A DNA stretch of 64,000 nucleotides from an uncultured Gemmatimonadota bacterium (GTDB lineage: Bacteria > JAAXHH01). The position numbers and the translations under genes were made by a program. This document shows positions 32,971 to 41,082 of the stretch, in pieces (the stretch's first letter is position 1; each line of letters starts with the position of its first letter). The DNA lies in contig OX638340.1 of NCBI GenBank assembly GCA_951812955.1, positions 3,488,001 to 3,552,000 of the forward strand, given 5' to 3'. The notes below the pieces were generated by a model. That model ran no database searches. It was not told the DNA's origin and saw only the letters and a list, made by a program, of their open reading frames with translations.

Positions 32971-33419
32971 ACTGGCACGACGGATTGCAGTTCTCCTGTC
33001 AGGGATGCGGCCACTGCTGCACCTTCCCGGGTGGATTCGTATACGGCAGCGAGAAGGAGTTCCGGCGCATTGCCGAGTACCTGGACCTGCCGTTCGAGAC
33101 CTTCCTGGAACGGTACACGGAAGAAATCGACGGCCATGTCTCCCTGGTGTCCCCGGATAACGGTCCCTGCGTCTTCTATGACGGGGAATGTACCATCTAT
33201 CCGGTGCGTCCGTCCCAGTGCAGCAGCTATCCCTTCTGGCAGGATATCCTGAAGTCGAAACGCCGGTGGGAACGGGAAGCGGAGACGTGCAGGGGCATGG
33301 AAAAGGGGAAGCGCTGGACGCGCAAGGAGATCGAGGTGGAAGCGGCAAGCCGGACGGAGAACCTGATGGCGGCGAAGAAGCGGCCGCAGTCCGAACCGAG
33401 GGAGGACGTACATGGATGA
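32955..33419 (+). CDS. YkgJ-family cysteine-cluster protein (CxxCxxCC)
   Basis: FSCQGCGHCCTFPGG ... GPCVFYDGECTIYPVRPSQCSSYPFW fits the family pattern. Confidence 0.8.
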   Translation: MAKGKYWHDGLQFSCQGCGHCCTFPGGFVYGSEKEFRRIAEYLDLPFETFLERYTEEIDGHVSLVSPDNGPCVFYDGECTIYPVRPSQCSSYPFWQDILKSKRRWEREAETCRGMEKGKRWTRKEIEVEAASRTENLMAAKKRPQSEPREDVHG

Positions 33420-34791
33420 GCGCATCACGGTTGGAAATGATCGCATCGACACGGTCGAAAATGATCGATTCGACGAAGAAACCGGTTCACGGCGGTTTAA
33501 TCGGCGTGGCTTTCTGAAGATCGGCGCCCTGGCCGGGGTCGCGGGCGTGGCTGCTGCGAATTGTAGCGGCCTGGACGGGTCAGGGAGTGATGCGGGAGGT
33601 GATGAAAGCGCCGCGACCGGCGTTTCTTCGGACCCGGAAGCCGTGGCGGCCGATTTGCAGCAAAATGTCTATACACGAATGCTCGGCGTACGGCCCCACA
33701 TCGGCGCGCACTCGCACCTGTCCAGCATGGGAGGTTCCCGCATGCCGCCGGAAGTCATGGAGGCGATGACCGAGGCCAACCGTTTCTTTGTGGATATGGA
33801 AGACCTGCACGTAGCCGCCGGGCGCCGTCTCGCGGAAATCGCGGGCGCCGAGGATGCCCTCGTATCATCCGGCGCCTTCGCCGCGTTGCTTGTAGGCGCG
33901 GCCGGGGTCCTTACCGGGACCGACGAGGAACGCATGGCGGTCCTGCCCCGTCCGACCTGGCCGAAGGTCGAATGCCTTTTTCAAACGCCGCACCGGTTTT
34001 TCTACGACAAGGTCTTTCAATACGCGGGCATGACCCTGGTGGAAGCAGATACCAGGCAGGCGTACGAAGAGGCCATCACGGACCGAACGGCCCTGCTCGT
34101 GGGACTGTCCTTCATCGAGCATCAGAACACGGGGCGGCCGCCGTTTCCCGCGAAGTACCGCCAGCCCACGCCGCCGGAAACGCTCATGCCGGAGGAGATC
34201 ATCGAAATCGGAAAGCGGAAGGGCGTGCCGGTCATGATCGACATGGCTTCCGACGTGCGTCCCATCAGAAACCTGAAGCGCTATATCGAGATGGGGGCCG
34301 ACCTGGTCATCGTCAGCGGCGGCAAGGCGTTGCGGGGCCCCAATTCGTCGGGCATACTGGCAGGCCGCGGAGATCTGATCGAAGCCGCGCGGATGCAGAA
34401 TGCGCCGAACAACGGCATCGGGCGGGGACTCAAGGTCGGCAAGGAGGAGATCATCGGTCTCATCGCCGCGGTGGAGCGGTTCGTCGAGATCGACGAAGAC
34501 GCAATGATCGCAGGTTGGAACCAGAAGGCCCAGTGGCTGGCGGACCAGCTCCAGGATATCTCCGGACTCGAAGCCAGTTACGAGATCAATACGGCCGGGT
34601 ATGCCGACGTGGAACTGATCTGGGACCAGGAGGTCATTCCCCTTTCCCGGGAAGACGTCGACAGCGCGCTTAAGGATGGGACTCCGAGCATCATCTACTA
34701 CGGGGAAGGTATCTGCACCAAGCAGTTCGAAGACGGCGAGGAGGTCCTCGTCGCCAATCGCCTACGGGAACTCTTTACGCAGGGTAGCTGA
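33412..34791 (+). CDS. Tat-exported PLP-dependent enzyme, SelA-like/aminotransferase fold
   Basis: Twin-arginine motif SRRFNRRGFLKIGALAGVAGVAA. VSGGKALRGPNSSGILAGR is similar to the SelA-type lysine region. GAGGGAGG SD, and the start overlaps the previous stop (ATGGATGA). Confidence 0.55.
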   Translation: MDERITVGNDRIDTVENDRFDEETGSRRFNRRGFLKIGALAGVAGVAAANCSGLDGSGSDAGGDESAATGVSSDPEAVAADLQQNVYTRMLGVRPHIGAHSHLSSMGGSRMPPEVMEAMTEANRFFVDMEDLHVAAGRRLAEIAGAEDALVSSGAFAALLVGAAGVLTGTDEERMAVLPRPTWPKVECLFQTPHRFFYDKVFQYAGMTLVEADTRQAYEEAITDRTALLVGLSFIEHQNTGRPPFPAKYRQPTPPETLMPEEIIEIGKRKGVPVMIDMASDVRPIRNLKRYIEMGADLVIVSGGKALRGPNSSGILAGRGDLIEAARMQNAPNNGIGRGLKVGKEEIIGLIAAVERFVEIDEDAMIAGWNQKAQWLADQLQDISGLEASYEINTAGYADVELIWDQEVIPLSREDVDSALKDGTPSIIYYGEGICTKQFEDGEEVLVANRLRELFTQGS

Positions 34792-34805
34792 CGGAAAGGG
34801 CGTAA

Positions 34806-36014
34806 ATGGCTGATGATCGACCTGACAGTGCAGGATCCGACTTCGACGGCTCCGGCGGCGAACGCCTGACTTATGAAAGTTCCGGTGTGGATTACGACCG
34901 GATAGATCCGCTGAAGGTCCTCGCCCAGCGCGCGGCGCGGGACACGGGGGCCAACCTCGACGGCGCGGGCGCCCGCGAGGTGGCGGCCAGCCGTGGGGAG
35001 TCGGCGTACGTGGTGGACATCGGCGACGCCTATCTCGCCTCCATCACCGAATGCCTGGGTACCAAGGCCCTGGTGGCGGACGCGATGTGTGAGGCGTCGA
35101 GTGTATTGAGGGCGTCAGAGGAGTCGGAGGAGTCAAAGGCGTCGGAGGCGTCGCGAAGGACCTGGTACGACCACATCGCACAGGACACCATCGCCACGGC
35201 CGTCAACGACATTGTCACCGTGGGCGCCCGGCCCCTGAGCATCCACGCCTACTGGGCGGCCGGTTCGTCGGACTGGTTCGACGACGTGGAACGCATGAAC
35301 GACCTGGTCGAGGGATGGAAGGCGGCCTGCGACGTCCTGGGCGTGGCCTGGGGCGGCGGCGAGACGCCGTGCCTGACGGGCGTGGTGGAGGAAGGCGCCA
35401 TCGACCTGGCCGCGTCCTGCGTGGGCATCATCCGGCCTAAATCACGCCTCACCCTGGGCGAAGACCTCAGCGCCGGGGACGCGATCATTCTCCTGGAAAG
35501 CAGTGGCATTCACGCCAACGGCCTCACCCTCGCGCGCAAGCTGTCCGAACGGCTGCCGGAGGGCTATGCCACCCTCCTGCCCGGCGGCCGGACGTACGGC
35601 GTGGCGCTGCTCGACCCGACCGTGCTCTACCCTCCCGTTACCGAAGCGGCCTTCGCGGCCGGTATCGACCTGCGCTACATCGCCAACATCACCGGCCACG
35701 GATGGCGCAAGATCATGCGACACCCCGGCAGGTTTACCTACCGCATTACCGAAGTGCCCCCCGTTCCCGAGGTGCTGAAGTTCATGGTGGATGAGACCCA
35801 ACAGACCGCGGAAGAAGCCTATGGCAGCCTCAACATGGGCGCCGGCTTCGCCCTCTTCGTCCGCCCGGAAGACGGGGACGCGGCCGTGGCGTGCGCCGAG
35901 ACCGAAGGCATCCGCGCTTGGGTCGCCGGCGTGGTGGAAGATGGCCCCCGCCAGGTGGTCATCGAGCCGCTGGGCGTTACGCTCGCCGGGGAAAGCCTCG
36001 CCCTGCGGGACTGA
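34806..36014 (+). CDS. AIR-synthase-related (PurM-like) protein
   Basis: The pattern SGVDYDRIDP..., DTIATAVNDIVTVGARPL, GGGETP, ESSGIHANGLTLARKL and ITGHGWRKI parallels PurM-family motifs. It may not be canonical purM. Confidence 0.55.
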   Translation: MADDRPDSAGSDFDGSGGERLTYESSGVDYDRIDPLKVLAQRAARDTGANLDGAGAREVAASRGESAYVVDIGDAYLASITECLGTKALVADAMCEASSVLRASEESEESKASEASRRTWYDHIAQDTIATAVNDIVTVGARPLSIHAYWAAGSSDWFDDVERMNDLVEGWKAACDVLGVAWGGGETPCLTGVVEEGAIDLAASCVGIIRPKSRLTLGEDLSAGDAIILLESSGIHANGLTLARKLSERLPEGYATLLPGGRTYGVALLDPTVLYPPVTEAAFAAGIDLRYIANITGHGWRKIMRHPGRFTYRITEVPPVPEVLKFMVDETQQTAEEAYGSLNMGAGFALFVRPEDGDAAVACAETEGIRAWVAGVVEDGPRQVVIEPLGVTLAGESLALRD

Positions 36015-36054
36015 GCCGCGGGCTGACTTCTCTGGTCGAATCCTCTATTCTCTA
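36001..36054 (+). repeat. Left copy of a ~40-55 bp direct repeat that brackets a 14.2 kb block
   Basis: ccctgcgggactgag [ccgcgggctgacttc] tctggtcgaatcctctattctct. Compare 50244-50296. Confidence 0.6.
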
Positions 36055-36060
36055 CGATTC

Positions 36061-36433
36061 TATAATCCAGCGTAACTCAGTGCTTTTAACCATACGGAAC
36101 CGCTGATCGACTCGGTTGTTCGGTCGAGAGGTATCGTTTGAGTCCGTTGAACGTACGATCACGTTGAAAATGGTGTCGCTCTGGATGCTTACGAGACTGT
36201 TTTCGACCTTGAACGAGTCTGGAACGAGCCGCTTTGCCCTTCGTCCGCATAGGCCTTGTCACCGTAGATCGCCTTCCCTGGACGGTCAGTTTTATTGACG
36301 CGGACTTCGCGGGGCATTGACACCTGCCTGGGTTGACCTTGTCGAAAGCCCGGATCTGCCACGAATCCCGCTTTACTACCGTCAGTAAGACTTAGTACCC
36401 CCTCCCCTAATATACTGTACGCGCCCTATCCGT
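36061..36433 (-). pseudogene. Decayed IS5-like (DDE_Tnp_1-type) transposase relic
   Basis: The minus-strand reading GAYSILGEGVLSLTDGSKAGFVADPGFRQGQPRQVSMPREVRVNKTDRPGKAIYGDKAYADE contains an AIYGDKAY DDE-like motif. After frameshifts and stops it continues ..NNRVDQRFRMVKSTELRW (R.VE..F...K tail-like). Confidence 0.45.
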
Positions 36434-36643
36434 TTGTTTACAATATAATCATATTTAATTCTTATAATTTCACATTTAAGCCACGAGTTATTGATCTTAG
36501 ATTTGATAAGTTAAGACTCCAGCGTTAGTATTATGTTGAAAAATCCAGTTTGATTCACATATTGAATTTATCAATCTCTGAAACAACTGACCCGTTCGTT
36601 TGTGAATACAGGGGCAGCATTTTCTTCCAAAGAATGTACCTCG

Positions 36644-38980
36644 ATGACTTTCGAGTTCCGACTTACGTCACGGCGTTTGGGACGCTTCCTCGTCCTGCTG
36701 CTCGCCTGCCTTGCCCTTCCTTTGCTCGTCACGTGCGGCAGGGACACTCCCACGCAGTCACGGACCGCGGTCCCGGCGCGGGTAGTGGTCACGCCTGTGG
36801 CCACGGATCTGGCATCGGCAGGACAGACTGTGCGACTCAACGCCCGGGCGCTTGACGACGCCGGCCAAGAAGTCTCGGAGGCTCCTGTTGCCTGGCGCAG
36901 CACCGACGCGTCGGTGGCGCGCGTGAGCGCGGACGGCGTGGTCACCGCCGTGGGGGAAGGCAGCGCCCTCATAACGGCCATGGCCGGCCAGAAGACGGCT
37001 CAAGCGAAGGTGACGGTGGCGGACCCGGTGCGCGCGGCGCTGCGGGCGCTGTACGAGGCGACGGGCGGGGCGAACTGGAAGAACAGCGACAACTGGCTGA
37101 GCGCCCGGCCCGTTGGCGATTGGTACGGGGTAATCGGCGAGCCATCCGGACCGAGCGGGATTTCGCAACGGAGAACCAGCGCCGGCGGACTGACGCGCCT
37201 GGACCTGTCCGGCAACGGATTGACGGGCGAGATCCCTCCCGTGCTGGGCAGCCTGGCCGGTCTTCGTTATCTGGACCTTTCCGACAACGCGCTGTCCGGC
37301 GCGATCCCTCCTGCGCTGGGCAACCTGTCGTCCCTCGAGACGCTGAAGCTGCACGATAACCGGTTGTCGGGCGAGATCCCTTCGGAACTGGGCAACCTGG
37401 AAAGTCTCCGGGAGCTGTCTCTGCACGGCAACGGGCAACTGACCGGTGCGTTGCCCCTTTCGCTCGCCAACCTGGACCGTCTGGAAACGTTATCCCTTTC
37501 GGGTACGCAGTTGTGCGCGCCGACCGATGCCGCGTTTCAGAACTGGCTGCAAGGAATCGCGAACAGGACCGGCATCTTCAATTGCGGCAACGATACGGAC
37601 GGCGACCGGAACGTGCTGCTCGCCCTGTACAACGCGACGGACGGTCCCAACTGGACGACCCGTACGAACTGGCTGAGCACCCGTCCCCTGTCGTCCTGGC
37701 ACGGGGTGGGCGTGAACGCCGCAGGGCGCGTCGACAGCCTGATCCTCGAAGACAACGCGCTGGCCGGACCGATCCCCGCCAGCCTGGGCAGTCTCGCCGG
37801 CCTCGTGGCGCTGGACGCGAGTGGCAACCAGTTGTCCGGCAGCATCCCGGAGGAGCTGGGCGATCTCTCCGGTCTGGTTACGCTTGATCTCAGCAACAAC
37901 GCGTTGACCGGACCGATCCCGCCGGCGTTGTTCAGCCTGCCCAATCTCGTTACGCTGGAGCTCTCCGGCAATCGGTTTACGGATATCCCGGATACAGACA
38001 TCCCGGATACAGGCACCCCGGTCCTGACGGATCGGGATGTGCTGGTTGCGCTCTACAACGCCACGGACGGCGAGAACTGGACGAACAACACCAACTGGCT
38101 GAGCGACAGGCCGCTAGGGGAATGGCACGGGGTTCGCGTCAATGCGGAGGGGCGCGTCGAAGGACTGGACCTTAGCGCTAACCAGCTATCGGGCCCGATC
38201 CCGACCGAACTCGCAAGCCTCACCAAGTTGACACATCTGTATCTTTACGATAACCAGCTATCGGGCCCGATCCCGGCAGAAATCGCAAGCCTCACCAATT
38301 TGACAGAGCTGGACCTTAGCGAGAACCAGCTATCTGGCCCGATCCCGTCCGAACTCGGCAGCCTCACCAAGTTGGAAGATCTGTGGCTTTTCGGTAATCA
38401 GCTATCGGGTCCCCTGCCCGGAACGTTCACCGGTCTGACAAACTTGGAAAGACTGTCCATCGAAGGAACCGGGTTGTGCGCGCCGACGGACGCGGCCTTC
38501 CAGGCGTGGTTGAGGGGAGTCGATGACAAATCTGGAGTGGTCAACTGTGCCGGCTCAAGCCCAGACCTGATCGTCGCATCGCCATCGGTAAGCGACGACA
38601 CCCTGACGACGGGGCAGTCTTTCACGCTGAGCGCGTCGGTGCGCAACCAGGGCACGGGGCGGTCAGCCTCGACGATCCTGCGCTATTACCGGTCTTCGAA
38701 TTCGACCATCTCATCGTCCGATACGCAGGTCGGCACGGACGCCGTGAGCGCACTGGCCGCATCGGGAACGAGCGCTGAATCGATCAGCCTGTCCGCGCCT
38801 TCGAGCGTCGGGACGTACTACTACGGCGCGTGCGTGGACGAGGTAAGCGGCGAGAGCGATACGGGCAACAACTGCTCTACGGGCGTGCGCGTCACGGTGA
38901 TGGTCGAGGATGACCACGGCGATACTCGGTCTGGAGCGACATCCCCTCGCGCTGAGCGGTTCGGTCTCGGGACGGATTGA
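36644..38980 (+). CDS. Lipoprotein: Big_2, three LRR modules and one CARDB domain. Reading frame broken by a 1-nt frameshift near 38943-38946
   Basis: The ATG at 36644 aligns with the start of paralog 2537. Lipobox LPLLVTCGRDTPTQS. About 65-70% aa identity by eye to 2537-9769 over the first ~200 aa. CARDB-like stretch PDLIVASPSVSDDTLTTGQSFTLSASVRNQG...GTYYYGACVDEVSGESDTGNNCS. The tail after DDHGDTRSGATS is out of frame. Confidence 0.85.
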   Translation: MTFEFRLTSRRLGRFLVLLLACLALPLLVTCGRDTPTQSRTAVPARVVVTPVATDLASAGQTVRLNARALDDAGQEVSEAPVAWRSTDASVARVSADGVVTAVGEGSALITAMAGQKTAQAKVTVADPVRAALRALYEATGGANWKNSDNWLSARPVGDWYGVIGEPSGPSGISQRRTSAGGLTRLDLSGNGLTGEIPPVLGSLAGLRYLDLSDNALSGAIPPALGNLSSLETLKLHDNRLSGEIPSELGNLESLRELSLHGNGQLTGALPLSLANLDRLETLSLSGTQLCAPTDAAFQNWLQGIANRTGIFNCGNDTDGDRNVLLALYNATDGPNWTTRTNWLSTRPLSSWHGVGVNAAGRVDSLILEDNALAGPIPASLGSLAGLVALDASGNQLSGSIPEELGDLSGLVTLDLSNNALTGPIPPALFSLPNLVTLELSGNRFTDIPDTDIPDTGTPVLTDRDVLVALYNATDGENWTNNTNWLSDRPLGEWHGVRVNAEGRVEGLDLSANQLSGPIPTELASLTKLTHLYLYDNQLSGPIPAEIASLTNLTELDLSENQLSGPIPSELGSLTKLEDLWLFGNQLSGPLPGTFTGLTNLERLSIEGTGLCAPTDAAFQAWLRGVDDKSGVVNCAGSSPDLIVASPSVSDDTLTTGQSFTLSASVRNQGTGRSASTILRYYRSSNSTISSSDTQVGTDAVSALAASGTSAESISLSAPSSVGTYYYGACVDEVSGESDTGNNCSTGVRVTVMVEDDHGDTRSGATSPRAERFGLGTD

Positions 38981-39482
38981 TCCCGGCACTGACGTCGATT
39001 ACTTCGAGATGGAAGTCACCGAATCGGGAACATTGACGGTCAATACGACCGGCAGCCTCGACACAACGGGCGAACTCGAGGACAATTCAGGCTCCCGCTT
39101 GGCGCGTAATGACGATGGCGGCAGCGGATCTAACTTCAGAATCAGCCATTCGGTGAGTGCGGGAACGTATTACGTCAAAGTGGAAAGCTTTAGCTCGAAC
39201 ACCGGGAGCTACACGATCCACGCGAGTCTGGCGAGCGGCGGCGGTGGCGGCGGTGGTGGCGACGGTGCCTGCGTAGCCGGATTGGTCGTGAATCCCGGTG
39301 AGAGTTGTACGTACAAGGGCTATGACTTTTCCGTTAGTTCCACAGGCAGAGGGAGCATTGCCTTTTTCTCCGCGGGAACCGGTATAGATGCAAGGGGTAG
39401 CACGATCAACGGCGTGCGTTGGAACTTCCATGCCACCCGAAACAGTGGTAGTAACAGTTGGACCATCCATACTGCTGATTGA
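38910..39482 (+). CDS. Frameshifted continuation of 36644-38980: PPC (bacterial pre-peptidase C-terminal) domain and a C-terminal domain
   Basis: LALSGSVSGRIDPGTDVDYFEMEVTESGTLTVNTTGSLDTTGELEDNSGSRLARNDDGGSGSNFRISHSVSAGTYYVKVESFSSNTGSYTIHASL is PPC-like. It has no SD or signal of its own. Confidence 0.7.
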   Translation: MTTAILGLERHPLALSGSVSGRIDPGTDVDYFEMEVTESGTLTVNTTGSLDTTGELEDNSGSRLARNDDGGSGSNFRISHSVSAGTYYVKVESFSSNTGSYTIHASLASGGGGGGGGDGACVAGLVVNPGESCTYKGYDFSVSSTGRGSIAFFSAGTGIDARGSTINGVRWNFHATRNSGSNSWTIHTAD

Positions 39483-39784
39483 ACGGTTTCACCAGGTACG
39501 CTTCATCTCAATGGTCTTCATCTTCAGATAGTGTCAACCAGATCTGCGTACGAAACACGGCTATCGAAAACCTGGCTGGCATGGAGGAATTGTCATGTTC
39601 GGTAACTGGATTTCGAGAAGCGTCAGACTTTCGGGAACGTGACCATTGTAAGTCCGGCTGAGAAGAGCTTCAGATGCAGTGGGTCTTCTTGAGGCGGTGA
39701 CCTCATTGACACGCGTTCCGTTCAGGATTGACGGTCCATCCTTCCGGACACGTGTAACCGAGCCTGCTCGGCAGGAGGTATGAA

Positions 39785-40336
39785 ATGCGTATTTTACTTA
39801 TGATGATCGTCCTGGTCGCATTGGCCTGTGGCGATGACGATATGCCGACGGCCCCAACTCCCACACCGGAACCGGATCCTGCCGAGAAGCTGATCGGCAC
39901 GTGGAAATACACGGGGAACGATTTCGATACCAAACTGGCCGCCAACGTGCGGAATTACCTGATCGGCGAGGGCCATACTGCGAGCGAGGTCGACAAGGCG
40001 GTATCTGGCGCCCTTGGTGAACTCGACTTGGCGTTAGCCCGTACCTTTAACTTTAGGTCAGACGGAACGGTGATTGTCGACAGCGAACCTCCTTACCGGT
40101 ACCAGGTGTCCGGCAATCGAATAATCATCACGACTTCGGATGGTGAGACTCTTTTCTTGGGGGGTGGTGAGACTCTTTCCGGGGAATACGCCGTTACGGA
40201 CACCGCGCTTACCCTGCATTTTCCAGTAGCCCCGCTGCTGGCGACTGTTGTACCGGAGGACGAAGAGGAAGCGGAACTGATGAGGACCATATATATGGGG
40301 ATAGAGGTCTTGACTATGTATTTCTCGAGGCAGTGA
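39785..40336 (+). CDS. Hypothetical lipoprotein
   Basis: AGGAGG SD and lipobox MRILLMMIVLVALACGDDD. No recognisable motifs. Confidence 0.7.
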   Translation: MRILLMMIVLVALACGDDDMPTAPTPTPEPDPAEKLIGTWKYTGNDFDTKLAANVRNYLIGEGHTASEVDKAVSGALGELDLALARTFNFRSDGTVIVDSEPPYRYQVSGNRIIITTSDGETLFLGGGETLSGEYAVTDTALTLHFPVAPLLATVVPEDEEEAELMRTIYMGIEVLTMYFSRQ

Positions 40337-40686
40337 TTTCTTGTTGAACTGATCACCGTAAATCAGGCGCTTTACTTGATTTCCATGTGGACTGCGCCGC
40401 TCACCAGCATTTAGTATTTTCGCCGACCGCCCTCTGTCGGACTGCGCCTCCCGCCCGTTTTGAAACTGCGCCGCCTGACCGGGACGCATCTGTATTGAGT
40501 ATCTTCTGAGCAAGGAACGTATACGAATCTCTTGAGTGAAGCCAGAGTCCGCACCGGCTGCCTTATTGAAGAGTTCTGCAATCTTAAGGCACCTCTGATC
40601 AACCTGGTTGTTCGATCAAGTGGTATGATCCGAGTCCGTTCAGAGATCGATCACGGTGATAATGATGTCGTTATGGGTAATTGCCT

Positions 40687-40922
40687 TTGGATTCTTGCCA
40701 AGGTGTTTTCATCCTCGGTCGGGTCCGGGAACAGCTTGGCCTGCCCGGGGTTTCGCCTGATCTAGGCGCACATTCAAATAGGAGGCCATCTACCTCAACT
40801 CCTATGACACCGTGTTGGAACTGATCGGTAGGCTAAATCCCTGTTTCTCGTTCTACAGCCATGAAAGGCAGAATCCGTCGCTGGGTTATCTCGCTCCGGC
40901 CGAGGTACACTTTGAACCGTAG
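40687..40922 (+). pseudogene. Decayed integrase-core (rve; IS3/IS481-like) transposase relic
   Basis: 40782-40922 reads EAIYLNSYDTVLELIGRLNPCFSFYSHERQNPSLGYLAPAEVHFEP*, which resembles the ..YN..RPH.sLGY.tPae tail. Out-of-frame upstream, LDSCQGVFILGRVREQLGLPGVSP (40687-40758) resembles the DNG.EF...v...L...G region. Stops lie between them. Confidence 0.55.
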
Positions 40923-41082
40923 TTTTACGTAGAGGATCCACCTTAAGTCTTACAACCTGTGGTCCATACTTGGTGATAAGTTTGCCATTTTAACATTCTT
41001 TAAACACAAACGTGCTACACGCGAGGAAAACAGTTCGACCTGCGGTGTAAAAACACCGAGCCGTTTGTCGTAACTGCCGATC

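Noticed and set aside
33972-34673. 233-aa alternative-frame ORF inside the SelA-like gene.
   Set aside because: Its Arg/Gly/His-rich composition is typical of an off-frame GC-rich translation, and the sense frame has the Tat signal and PLP-enzyme motifs.
40935-40950. The 10-mer gtaagactta (inverted) is shared between the region after the rve relic and the blocks at 2298 and 36385. It was considered as possible IS terminal inverted repeats.
   Set aside because: Only ~10 nt match and the flanks do not extend the similarity. A chance match of this length is plausible in 64 kb.
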